From a virus, in the IMG/VR virus record IMGVR_UViG_3300025141_015556: 64,000 nt of DNA; one strand, 5' to 3'. Each line of letters begins with the position of its first letter. Position 1 is the stretch's first letter. Below, piece by piece: positions 8,033 to 17,090 of this stretch. The notes beneath the pieces are model-generated. The model had not been told where the DNA came from and made no database searches. It worked only from the letters and a program-made list of their open reading frames with translations. The position numbers and the translations under genes are program-made.

Positions 8033-8554
8033 TTATTCTCCCATAGGAGGTGCAGATTTAGATCGTTTATAAGAAGGTCTGCTCACGTAGGGGGGCGTAT
8101 TTTTTTGGCCCCCCTTCCCAATAAGCCTTCTTTTCTTTCTAGAATGGCCTTTAGCATACTGTGGCAATGTCCCGGGAGTGATTTCTGTTTCTTCTAGTTC
8201 GGTGACCTTGGGGATGTCGTATTTTATAATTTTTACTCCCCGCAGTACCTGAATTTTTTGTAAAATAGCTTTTGCTACAACACGTGGGGTGTTGCCGCGC
8301 GAGGGTTGTCGACAGTGAATTTTAAGGGTAGTGAGTATTCTTACTCCAACGTCTCGCTGGATTCCTCGGGGGGGATCTACGGGAGCAACGGTGAGGACTT
8401 CGGGCAGCGCACGAATATCATTTTTAGTTTGCTCCCGATTCCCTCCCGTATCTTTACTAATGGAAAGAAGCACGAATATGTTGAACGTCTCTTGAAAATA
8501 AGACGGATCAGCTTCGTTAATAAATCTTTTCCATCCCTCGAACAGCTTCTTCAT
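8033..8554 (-). CDS. Hypothetical protein with N-terminal leader (putative virion cargo)
   Basis: MKKLFEGWKRFINE leader; GAGGA RBS; basic C-terminus. Confidence 0.75.
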   Translation of the reverse strand: MKKLFEGWKRFINEADPSYFQETFNIFVLLSISKDTGGNREQTKNDIRALPEVLTVAPVDPPRGIQRDVGVRILTTLKIHCRQPSRGNTPRVVAKAILQKIQVLRGVKIIKYDIPKVTELEETEITPGTLPQYAKGHSRKKRRLIGKGGQKNTPPYVSRPSYKRSKSAPPMGE

Positions 8555-8573
8555 TAAATGTTGTCCTCGTCAG

Positions 8574-8582
8574 TAAATAGTT
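8574..8582 (-). promoter_or_regulatory. Putative late promoter motif (AACTATTTA)
   Basis: CTAnTTA upstream of the RBS of 8033..8554. Confidence 0.6.
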
Positions 8583-8621
8583 CTAAGGTTTTATCAACGT
8601 CTAATAAATATAAGATACACA

Positions 8622-8858
8622 CTACGCCTCTCCGCGGGGCTTAATACTGCGCGCAATCACGTTGCTTAGCTCTTCCTGTAATACCTGATAACTTTCTTGC
8701 TCTTGTGCGCGCATTTCCTCTATAAATAACCATAGAGATTCGCGCTCATCTGAAATGTTCTCTAGTTCTGATAATTTTTTTTCGATGCTTTCAATCTTTT
8801 TATATAACGCATCTAATGAGAGTACCTTTTGGAACATCTTCCGGATTAAAGAGGACAT
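8622..8858 (-). CDS. Coiled-coil hypothetical protein
   Basis: 78-aa heptad-rich ORF. Confidence 0.6.
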   Translation of the reverse strand: MSSLIRKMFQKVLSLDALYKKIESIEKKLSELENISDERESLWLFIEEMRAQEQESYQVLQEELSNVIARSIKPRGEA

Positions 8859-9084
8859 TTATTAACTCCTGTCTGGTAATTATACCTGATTTTCGATTAT
8901 AAATTAATTCTAGCAAACGTTTTTGTGCATTAAGAGAAATCGGAAAGGGATTATGTATGTAGTTGTCTTCTGCAACTTCAACCATTTCAAGGGCGCGCGG
9001 TGAGGGAGCATCCGTCGCCGACGGGTGCCATCTTTCCTTTAGCACGATCGCTTTGTCGTCCTTCATTTGATTTCTTCCTTTCAT
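8800..9084 (-). CDS. Hypothetical protein
   Basis: 94-aa ORF; AACTACTTA motif at 9087-9095. Confidence 0.55.
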   Translation of the reverse strand: MKGRNQMKDDKAIVLKERWHPSATDAPSPRALEMVEVAEDNYIHNPFPISLNAQKRLLELIYNRKSGIITRQELINVLFNPEDVPKGTLIRCVI

Positions 9085-9099
9085 ATTAAGTAGTTAGCT

Positions 9100-10164
9100 T
9101 CAAGCCGAATCGTCGTCGTCGCCTGCAGAGTCGTCGTCGTCGCCTGCATTGGGGAGGAAAGTATCTATTACGTATCCGATCTCCACCAAACTTCCTTCGG
9201 GGGGGAGCACGTCAAATTCCACCGTATTCGCGGCGCTGTTATAGGTCCAGTCCGTAAACTCAACAAAATCTATAAAAACAATTATAGTATCCGGGAGGGG
9301 AGCGTGAGTCAGTTCCCATTCCTCATAGGGCTGCACCTGAGTGGCGGCTTCCTGCACACCCGGGGCCCAATCGGGGGAGCAAATGTCTACCACGACTCCG
9401 CCGAAATGATTGGTCGCATCGATGTATCGATCTCCCACATAGTAGTTAGAGGGAGGCTGCGGGCAAACTGATTCAAGCCCGGGCACGTTTACGATGCTGG
9501 CCAAGAAAACGGATGGGCGTATATGGCCATACCAATTAATAAAGTCCTGCAGGCCGGCGTTCGTCGCAGCAAAGTCGCGACTGCTCTGTTCTTCTTCATC
9601 ACTTACAAAAACCACAAGTAGCCCCGCATAGGGTCGAAGCCACGTTTGGTTATAAGTATTGTCCATGATGTAAGCATAAATCGCATCAAAGCCCGCCTCA
9701 TACCCATGATTCCCCGTATTATTATAGGCGTTCCAGGCATCCTGAACCGTATCCCCCGGCACCAAAGGAAACTGTTGGGCATTCTGAGTGTTTGTCCACG
9801 ACGTAGTAGTAATCCCTAGACGCCAACCCGACGGGGGCAGCGCATTCATCATGGCCTCGATGCCATCAACAACGGCCTGGGCGTGCTGCATCATCGATCC
9901 CGACTTATCAATCAACCAGACAATATCAATCCCATTCATCACATACGGCTGTTCAAATGAGTCGATCCAAACCTCCCCCCCCTCACCCGGCACCTCCACG
10001 GGCACCTCCACAATAACTTCTACTGGTACTTCGACAATAACTTCTACTGGTACTTCAACCTCAACAAGTTCTGGTTCATGTAGGCCATAAAGAGCGTAGT
10101 CCCCCTCAATACACGACGACAGCATTATCAGCAGAATGGCGCACAGAGGAATTAAACGTCTCAT
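9100..10164 (-). CDS. Lipoprotein with a VWA domain
   Basis: Lipobox-like LSSC after a hydrophobic N-terminus; MIDAS DKSGS and VVFVSDE; VEVP repeats; C-terminal GDDDDSA x2. Confidence 0.8.
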   Translation of the reverse strand: MRRLIPLCAILLIMLSSCIEGDYALYGLHEPELVEVEVPVEVIVEVPVEVIVEVPVEVPGEGGEVWIDSFEQPYVMNGIDIVWLIDKSGSMMQHAQAVVDGIEAMMNALPPSGWRLGITTTSWTNTQNAQQFPLVPGDTVQDAWNAYNNTGNHGYEAGFDAIYAYIMDNTYNQTWLRPYAGLLVVFVSDEEEQSSRDFAATNAGLQDFINWYGHIRPSVFLASIVNVPGLESVCPQPPSNYYVGDRYIDATNHFGGVVVDICSPDWAPGVQEAATQVQPYEEWELTHAPLPDTIIVFIDFVEFTDWTYNSAANTVEFDVLPPEGSLVEIGYVIDTFLPNAGDDDDSAGDDDDSA

Positions 10165-10168
10165 GTTA

Positions 10169-10987
10169 TTAATCCGGCAGTCCCCCGCGCCTGGGTGCAG
10201 CGGCGCCAGGAAAGGATTTAAACACTTCTAATGGTGGTGCTGTCTTAACCCTGACCTCTACCACTTCTTCATTTAGTTTCCATATAGGCGCAACCCAAAC
10301 AATGCTATTTAAAGGCAGGGGAATCATCCAGTCTCCAACGTCAATTGCTGAAACCACTCCTAGGAATTTTCCGTGCCTGTCTACCACTCCCGAACCAGAC
10401 GACCCGAACCATCCAAACATGTTTATTATGATCATGTCGTGCTCAAAGCTGGCGACGGTGCCGCGGATCGTCAAAAGGCCATGGCGCCCCGGAAATCCCG
10501 TATAGCTCACCCCGGCGCCAATTAAATTTGATTTATTTTTTTTCGGGTGGTAGGGGAATGCGATCCTTGTTTCAAGGGGGGGAATCAAAATAATCGCTAA
10601 ATCTGCCTTGTCGTCAGTATAGATTACCCGACCAATAAGGCGCTCTTCGTCGCGACCTTCGACGATCATCGTAGTATACCCCTCGACCACGTGGGCCGCC
10701 GTTATCACAACAAAGCGACCGTGCATCTTCATATAGGTCCCCGAGCCGTGACCATCTTCAAATGGGCGCAACACTTTAACTGCTGAATTGCGCGCTAGAT
10801 TTTCGGGGAGGGAAAGATTCGCTGCCTCGAATGTACTGAGTACGTCGCCGACGACAGAAGATACGTCAAAAGTTTCTTGGGGGGCTGGGGAAGGGCTGGC
10901 CAGGTCAGAAAAGATATTGTTAGGCCCGCTGCAGCTAAACGTTAACGTCGCTGCCAGCATTATTATTATTTGGACCCAACGAGGCAT
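10169..10987 (-). CDS. Trypsin-like serine protease, probable lipoprotein
   Basis: ITAAHV (His), ADLAI (Asp), GSSGSG (Ser); signal peptide ending TFSC; AGGAGG RBS. Confidence 0.85.
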   Translation of the reverse strand: MPRWVQIIIMLAATLTFSCSGPNNIFSDLASPSPAPQETFDVSSVVGDVLSTFEAANLSLPENLARNSAVKVLRPFEDGHGSGTYMKMHGRFVVITAAHVVEGYTTMIVEGRDEERLIGRVIYTDDKADLAIILIPPLETRIAFPYHPKKNKSNLIGAGVSYTGFPGRHGLLTIRGTVASFEHDMIIINMFGWFGSSGSGVVDRHGKFLGVVSAIDVGDWMIPLPLNSIVWVAPIWKLNEEVVEVRVKTAPPLEVFKSFPGAAAPRRGGLPD

Positions 10988-11179
10988 TCAAAACCCTCCT
11001 ATATTTAGCTACCCTTTCCTATTCTTTTTCACCATGTGCCACAACGGGATACAGCAGCTGCGATCTACCTACTAGCCCTTCCTGGGAGTATAACCCTACT
11101 AGTAACTATCAAGCAAACCTTGTTTGACGATATTTTTAGTGTGTTTTATTCAATATTTTTTGATTTAAGCCAAAAAATA

Positions 11180-11491
11180 TCAGCCTTTCAGCAATTTATT
11201 TGGTATTCCGGTGCTATATATCTTTTCTGCAATAGTCGCAGGCGCGCCTACCACCGTGACGCTGGTTACACTGCTGCCGCTTCCAAAGTTAATTTTTGAA
11301 AATTCTTGTCGATCATCAAGACCGTCCGGAAGATATCCCTTTTGCAAATGGGTTTTCATTACCAAGTCTGGTCGAATTTGAAGTATGGAGGTGGGATTAA
11401 TCCATACCTCGTCCATCTCAAAACGAGAGGAGGTGCGACGCTCCATAACATTAAAGTCTCTAATTTGCTTTACTTCAACAAATTTAATCAT
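11180..11491 (-). CDS. Hypothetical protein, FlbD-like pattern
   Basis: MIKFVEV...VWINPTSILQIR pattern. Confidence 0.6.
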   Translation of the reverse strand: MIKFVEVKQIRDFNVMERRTSSRFEMDEVWINPTSILQIRPDLVMKTHLQKGYLPDGLDDRQEFSKINFGSGSSVTSVTVVGAPATIAEKIYSTGIPNKLLKG

Positions 11492-11738
11492 TAGTGTTTC
11501 CCTCTATTTTAAAAATACTCTGTATTGGTATTGACCATCTTTCTCCATGGCAGTAAACTTCTAAGTCGAGCAAATTTATATTAGAAACCACTACCCCAAG
11601 AGCAGGTGCATCACTAAGCATATACTTTTTGGCCACACGTGTGCCTGAGCTTGTATCGCCTTGATATTGTGTCAATCGCACAGAAGCCGGTACGTGCACC
11701 AACTCTCCAATTGAAAACTCTTTAGCTTGATGCATCAT
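11484..11738 (-). CDS. Small SH3/KOW-like protein
   Basis: FSIGELVHV...LGVVV. Confidence 0.6.
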   Translation of the reverse strand: MMHQAKEFSIGELVHVPASVRLTQYQGDTSSGTRVAKKYMLSDAPALGVVVSNINLLDLEVYCHGERWSIPIQSIFKIEGNTND

Positions 11739-12174
11739 CCTCTTCTATAGTTGTCGAAATTGTATCTAGGCTCTCGCGCACCCAAACGCCGGGGCTTTTT
11801 GCATCTTCCTCGATATTGGTATTTTCCTGTGGAGTGTCCTCGGCAGCCTCCTCCGACGCATCTTCAAAAATTTCACTGGCCTGCCGCCTTAATCGTTCGG
11901 CCCTTTCATATTGTTCGTAGCCGTCGACTATCTCAGAAATTTCCTGCAAGCGCAAATCGAGTTTTGCCAGCGCTGTACGTAACTCTTCTGTTCTTTCGTG
12001 GAAGTGTGGGAGATTGAGCCTTGCTTCCTTTCCTAATATATCTCCAAGTTCTTCGTACTGCTCAATGCATTGTCGCAAAATGGGGCCCCGACTGGCCAGC
12101 ATTGATGCCGCCTCTAGCAAAACATCTTCGATGTCTGATGTGTAGGTTAATTTAACCTTCATATTCTCTCCCAA
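11722..12174 (-). CDS. Coiled-coil hypothetical protein
   Basis: Likely start MKVKLTY after GGAGAG; acidic tail. Confidence 0.7.
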   Translation of the reverse strand: MGENMKVKLTYTSDIEDVLLEAASMLASRGPILRQCIEQYEELGDILGKEARLNLPHFHERTEELRTALAKLDLRLQEISEIVDGYEQYERAERLRRQASEIFEDASEEAAEDTPQENTNIEEDAKSPGVWVRESLDTISTTIEEDDASS

Positions 12175-12186
12175 CTAGCCAAATTT

Positions 12187-12480
12187 TTAAAATATCGCGC
12201 TCCACAATGTAGCTGCTGTCAGCCCTATAATTGAAGTTGCCACAATCCATAAAATTCTTGTGTTGCTGTTTTTCCATGCTTCTAAATTATCAATTCTAGT
12301 GTCGAGTTCTCTCAATCTCGCGTATAGTCCGCTATCTGGATTATATACGGCTTCCTTAATTTTGGTCACATTGTCTGCCAACTCAATGTGTTTTGAAAGC
12401 AATATTTCTATTTTGTTAGAAAGCTCTGCAATTGCCACGCTTAGTTGGTTTTCATCTTCCGGCATCAATTCATCCTCCAC
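12187..12480 (-). CDS. Coiled-coil protein with C-terminal TM helix (XhlA-like or holin candidate)
   Basis: Heptads followed by ILWIVATSIIGLTAATLW; ACTAGTTA motif at 12490-12497. Confidence 0.6.
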   Translation of the reverse strand: MEDELMPEDENQLSVAIAELSNKIEILLSKHIELADNVTKIKEAVYNPDSGLYARLRELDTRIDNLEAWKNSNTRILWIVATSIIGLTAATLWSAIF

Positions 12481-12498
12481 GGCTACCTCTAACTAGTG

Positions 12499-14073
12499 TC
12501 ATACTTCTACAATAGCGTGACTAGTTGTGATTAATGTGCCGGCAGCGGAAGCAGCGTTTTGGAGCGCGCTGCGGGTGACCTTGAGAGGATCAATAATTCC
12601 AACCACATACATATCTGCTAGAGTCCCTGTGCGAAAGTCGTAGCCGCAATTAAAATCTTCTGGCGCCACAAGACTCTCTACTATATCGGGCGACTCACCA
12701 GCGTTTATTGCCATGTGACGAAGGGGGGCGCCTAAAGATTTTTTAACTATTTCTGCACCAAGAATTTGATCGCCAGTAAAGTCTTTAGTTTCATCTAATT
12801 TTTGACCCAAGCGAAACAATGCAACGCCACCTCCTGGAAGCATCCCTTCCTCTTGGGCTGCTTTTACCGCCTCCAGGGCATCTTCTATTCGATGCTTTTT
12901 CTCAATCATTTCAACCTCGGTGGGCGCGCCGACGCGGATAATGCCCACCCCGCTAGCTAATTTTCTAATTCTTTGCTGAATTGTTTCGCATTGTTCTGGG
13001 GCATCAACTTGCTGTAACTCGCTTTTTAAGATACTAATTCTTTTATCGACCTCTTCAAAATCAGCCCCTCCGCCGCTTATAGTAGTTAAGGTTTTTGTTA
13101 TATCAATTGTTTTACACTGACCAAAATCGCCAAGCTCGACCTGCTGTATTGTTTTGTTTGATCCCCGGGAAAAGTATGTCGCTCCTGTAGAAATCGCCAG
13201 ATCGTCCAATAAGTTTTTCCTGGCTTCCCCATAAAATGGCGCCTTAACGGCTGCTATCTTCATGGTGCCTCGTGCAGTATTCATTATAAGAGCGGCCAGC
13301 GCTTGACCTTCGATCTCCTCGGCTACAATAACAAGCGATCGACCGTCGCGTGCTATTATCTCTAGCGCCGGTAAGATTTGGTCGACCGAATCAATCCTTT
13401 CATCGGTCACTAAAAGTAATGGATTGCTGTGTCTGACCGCCCCTCGTCGTTCATCATTAATGAAGGCGCTAGCTACGTAGCCAGCTGGCATGCGGAACCC
13501 CTCAAGCACGTCTAAAGACGTGTCAAGAGAGCGCGCCTCTTCGACCATAATTGCCCCATCTATACCAGCCTTATCAATTGCAGTAGCTACAAGCTTTCCA
13601 ATGACGGGATCGTTGTTTGCAGAAACAGTTGCGATGTTTTCCACATCCTGCAGACTCGATACGGGAACTGCCGCGGCCTTCAGTCCTTCAACTACGATCT
13701 CAACAGCCTTGTCAATGCCACGTTTAAGTTCAATGGGAGATGCTCCTGCAATCAAATATCTCTGTGCTTGAGAGAAAATCTCACTAGCGAGAATCGTTGC
13801 AGTTGTAGTACCATCGCCGGCTAAAGTATTAGTTTGAGAGGCGGCTTGTTTAAGTATTTGTGCCGCCACGTTTTCAAATTCATCTTCCAGATGTACAAAC
13901 GCCGCTACTGTAACGCCATCCTTTGTGATAAACGGATCTTTATTTTTTTCTTGAAGAATCACATTCCTTCCTCGGGGGCCTAAAGTGGTAGCCACGTTAT
14001 CTGACAACTTGGCCACCCCCTGCAGTAGTTTTTCATTTAAAGATCTGCGGTCTTCGAACTTGCACTTCGGCAT
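12499..14073 (-). CDS. groL: Chaperonin GroEL (phage-encoded, no GGM tail)
   Basis: TLGPRGRNV, ITKDGVTVA, AGDGTTTAT, LPGGG, GIIDPLKVTRSALQNAAS. Confidence 0.96.
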   Translation of the reverse strand: MPKCKFEDRRSLNEKLLQGVAKLSDNVATTLGPRGRNVILQEKNKDPFITKDGVTVAAFVHLEDEFENVAAQILKQAASQTNTLAGDGTTTATILASEIFSQAQRYLIAGASPIELKRGIDKAVEIVVEGLKAAAVPVSSLQDVENIATVSANNDPVIGKLVATAIDKAGIDGAIMVEEARSLDTSLDVLEGFRMPAGYVASAFINDERRGAVRHSNPLLLVTDERIDSVDQILPALEIIARDGRSLVIVAEEIEGQALAALIMNTARGTMKIAAVKAPFYGEARKNLLDDLAISTGATYFSRGSNKTIQQVELGDFGQCKTIDITKTLTTISGGGADFEEVDKRISILKSELQQVDAPEQCETIQQRIRKLASGVGIIRVGAPTEVEMIEKKHRIEDALEAVKAAQEEGMLPGGGVALFRLGQKLDETKDFTGDQILGAEIVKKSLGAPLRHMAINAGESPDIVESLVAPEDFNCGYDFRTGTLADMYVVGIIDPLKVTRSALQNAASAAGTLITTSHAIVEV

Positions 14074-14096
14074 TAATCCTCCAATGGTCTACCTAT

Positions 14097-14124
14097 ATAA
14101 TAACATAAAATTTGCTAATGTCAA
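14097..14124 (-). promoter_or_regulatory. Sigma70-type promoter for groL
   Basis: TTGACA-16 bp-TATTAT with TG extension; overlaps the stop of 14121..15947. Confidence 0.6.
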
Positions 14125-15947
14125 GATGTTTTTTTCTCTTCTAGGGGTAGGGACAATTGCTCAGTGTCCCCCACGCCGCGGGCAGCTGCCGTTCTTTTTG
14201 CAATATCTTGAGCATTTTCAATGGCCAGGAACGCTAGCGGATCATCCTCATCGCTTAGTCCCCCAGCGAAATAGCCATTCAAACTGTCGGACAACGTTTT
14301 CAAGGAAGAGAACACTGCAAAGATTTCGTTATCAAGCGCGTCCGTGACGTACCCAAGCATCTCCTCCACGTGGCGACCACCAACCTTAATCCCTCCGAGA
14401 TCAGAAGTGAAAGTGGGATAATCGGGGTTGGTGGCTTGAGACTCGTTGAGATCCCACTGTCTTTGGTTCTCAGTAATATACCCATAAGTATTTTGCAAAG
14501 CTATCTTTTTTGCTTCCGGGCTTTCTAGTCCATCATAATATTCCTTAAGAACTGTGGGATCAAACTCAAACTCAAATGCCCCTAACATCTCTTCGCGGCG
14601 CGCTGCAACTTCTGATGCTGCCATAGAATTAACTATACTATTATGAGCCTGCGCGATGACAGCAGAAAGAGGCTTAAGCATATTTAGAATTACCTTCTTC
14701 CGCGGGGCGCCGAGGTACCTGGGAAGGGCCTCCGATTTTTCGTACATCTTTACAAACTGTGGATATAGCACCCTAGTGAGGACTAGTCCCGAAAAGCCGC
14801 GGCGCATCGGCATTGTCGTAAAGGCTAGCCCTTTCCACGTGTTAAATATGGTTGACTCGGGATCCTCAGCGCGCAGCAATTTCCCGTATCCGATATCTTG
14901 TAGTACGCTCCCCAAAAACTTCCAATCAGGAAAATTTGGATCAATTTCCTTAAGCTCTGGGCTCACCGGCATTTGTTTAACTAGCTCTTTGATCCTCTCA
15001 ATAAAAATAGTCTCCAGCTCTTCGTTTGAAGGTATTTTATCTCGGGCCGGAAGTTGGCCGCTTATGTCTGTTCCCTGCTCGATCAACGGTTTTGGCAGAG
15101 CTACAACACCCGGGTGCCTTGATTGAAGCATGATATCAACTATATTGTCCAATGTAATATCAAATTGGTATAAATGTATTTCACCTTCTTGTCGCAGTCG
15201 CTCTCCCACATCGCCGGCTTCACTTAGTTTTTTAATCCCGGCCACATACCTCATGGCATTGCCCCCCCATCCTTTGCCTTTCGCAGGATGGCTAAACTTG
15301 GGATTTATGATATCTCTTACAAGATCAGCCCAGCTGCCACCAACTATAAGTTTTGTGTAAAGCTTTAAAGAAATGGGTATATCGTCGCCAGTTAGGAAGT
15401 CAGCAATTGTTTCATTGCCTGGGGGGATTTGCTTTCCTTTTAGCAATACGGCTAAAAATGCTTCAAAATTAAAACCAGCGGATGATGCATTAAAATTTGT
15501 TACAACCTTCGTGAGTGTTTTGTAAAATACCAAATAAGAAATTAGCGCCTGAATCCGTTCGGCGTTGGTCTCGAACTGGGCCATTAACTCTTTTGGTCCG
15601 GCGGAACTGTAAAATCTTTGAAGGGCTCTAATCTGTCCGGCGAACGTCCCATCATCAGATTGAATATTCTTCAGATATCTCTCCAAAAGAGCGCGCTGGG
15701 GGCCCAAAACTCTAGACCCAGCATCATCAACTGATACATCAGACCACCCAATCTCAGAGATCGGAATATCTGGAATCATGGACCATTCAAAGATTGCTTT
15801 GGGAGGAATTACATCCTCCATTAAGATAGCAAGACTCTCCTTAGTCTCAAGTACTTGCTCGATCAGCCTAATAATATTTTCAAAGCCAAGGGTATCTCTC
15901 TCCTTTTTAAAGTGGTTCTCCACTATTTTATCAAAGTCAAACGACAT
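14121..15947 (-). CDS. Large late hypothetical protein, possible PD-(D/E)xK-like nuclease fold
   Basis: AGFNFEAFL...IADF...ISLKLY arrangement; CTAATTA motif at 15965-15971; AGGAG RBS. Confidence 0.65.
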   Translation of the reverse strand: MSFDFDKIVENHFKKERDTLGFENIIRLIEQVLETKESLAILMEDVIPPKAIFEWSMIPDIPISEIGWSDVSVDDAGSRVLGPQRALLERYLKNIQSDDGTFAGQIRALQRFYSSAGPKELMAQFETNAERIQALISYLVFYKTLTKVVTNFNASSAGFNFEAFLAVLLKGKQIPPGNETIADFLTGDDIPISLKLYTKLIVGGSWADLVRDIINPKFSHPAKGKGWGGNAMRYVAGIKKLSEAGDVGERLRQEGEIHLYQFDITLDNIVDIMLQSRHPGVVALPKPLIEQGTDISGQLPARDKIPSNEELETIFIERIKELVKQMPVSPELKEIDPNFPDWKFLGSVLQDIGYGKLLRAEDPESTIFNTWKGLAFTTMPMRRGFSGLVLTRVLYPQFVKMYEKSEALPRYLGAPRKKVILNMLKPLSAVIAQAHNSIVNSMAASEVAARREEMLGAFEFEFDPTVLKEYYDGLESPEAKKIALQNTYGYITENQRQWDLNESQATNPDYPTFTSDLGGIKVGGRHVEEMLGYVTDALDNEIFAVFSSLKTLSDSLNGYFAGGLSDEDDPLAFLAIENAQDIAKRTAAARGVGDTEQLSLPLEEKKTS

Positions 15948-15967
15948 GGAATAAGCTCCTGATATAA

Positions 15968-16546
15968 TTAGACGATTATATCAGCAATCCCCATTTCGAC
16001 TGCCTCTTCGGCTGAAAAGAATGTGTCTATGTTGCCTTTTATAATCTTTTGTATTTTACTTTTAGTGAGGTTCGTTTCCGCAATAAGGGCCGTGAACATT
16101 AGATCTTCCATTATCTCCGCTTCTCGACAAGTTTCACGCACATTTACTATACTTCCCTGGTCACTCGTTATAACGTGATGAAGCATTAGCCGACAGTACT
16201 TGCCGATTCGTCGTTGTCCTTTTGTGCCCGCTGCCAGAATAAGGACGCCTGCAGACATAACTTTTCCAACCCCCAACGTTGAAATGTCGCATACTTCACG
16301 AGTAATTCTCATAATATCATAAACTGCAAACATATCAGCGACATTACCCCCTCCAGTTGACACCACCATCTCAATGGGCTCGGCGCGCCCTTGTGCGTTT
16401 CTTCCCTCGTGGAGATAAGTTAAAAGCGCTCCAATGGTCTCTTTACTATTCTCTTCGCTTACATCCCCGTATAGGCCTATTATTCGAAAGTCGGGCTCCT
16501 CCGCAATAAAATCAATCTCTTCCTCATTGTCTTCTTCGTTGGACAT
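15968..16546 (-). CDS. clpP: ClpP-family protease (copy 1)
   Basis: STGGG, VMSAG (Ser), LMLHH (His), IDTFFSAEEAVEMGIAD (Asp). Confidence 0.9.
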   Translation of the reverse strand: MSNEEDNEEEIDFIAEEPDFRIIGLYGDVSEENSKETIGALLTYLHEGRNAQGRAEPIEMVVSTGGGNVADMFAVYDIMRITREVCDISTLGVGKVMSAGVLILAAGTKGQRRIGKYCRLMLHHVITSDQGSIVNVRETCREAEIMEDLMFTALIAETNLTKSKIQKIIKGNIDTFFSAEEAVEMGIADIIV

Positions 16547-16615
16547 AGTGTTGTTCTCCGGGTCTTCTAATTCTCATATATTATATCAAATTTGAGTGAA
16601 TATTTCTAGTTAATA

Positions 16616-17047
16616 TTAATTTTTTTCATGCATATCGTCCAGTTGCCGCATTGCCTCGCGCCAATTACTAAATTTAATAACAAATGAAAAAGCGGGGGGA
16701 GCATGTAAAATCATCCTTTGAACCACAGATTCCTTCCAATTTGTTATTGTCTGCCTGTCAACTTCACAAAAATTAGATATTTTATGTGTGTCCATCCCAA
16801 CGTCCGTCAGGTGCTTGCGTTTAATTTCCATTAAAAATTCTATATCTTCATGAATTTTTGCGCACATTAGAAGACAACGATATATGGTAGAATGTACTAT
16901 TTTAGCTGCATGTGATATTTCGAATAGTCTGGTTGCAACTCTGCAGGAAATTGCTCCCATAAAAAAACTAGCAAAAATTATTGCGTACAGAAAATTCTCT
17001 TGTGTGAGTTCCAAATCGGTCTCCAAAAAATAAAGCCACGGAGGCAA
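16616..17047 (-). CDS. Hypothetical membrane-anchored protein
   Basis: N-terminal hydrophobic helix; true start probably the TTG after GGAG near 17014. Confidence 0.65.
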   Translation of the reverse strand: MPPWLYFLETDLELTQENFLYAIIFASFFMGAISCRVATRLFEISHAAKIVHSTIYRCLLMCAKIHEDIEFLMEIKRKHLTDVGMDTHKISNFCEVDRQTITNWKESVVQRMILHAPPAFSFVIKFSNWREAMRQLDDMHEKN

Positions 17048-17060
17048 CCATGGCTTTATT
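17029..17060 (-). terminator. Rho-independent terminator after 17091..17741
   Basis: AATAAAGCCATGG-TTGCCT-CCGTGGCTTTATT followed by a T run. Confidence 0.65.
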
Positions 17061-17086
17061 CTAACAGAAATTGTTTAAAATGTCAA
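17058..17086 (-). promoter_or_regulatory. Sigma70-type promoter
   Basis: TTGACA-17 bp-TAGAAT with TG extension. Confidence 0.75.
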
Positions 17087-17090
17087 CAAA

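Noticed and set aside
10990-11175. Intergenic region with a CCTACTAG direct repeat
   Set aside because: Only two short copies, with no convincing ORF, promoter or known RNA motif.
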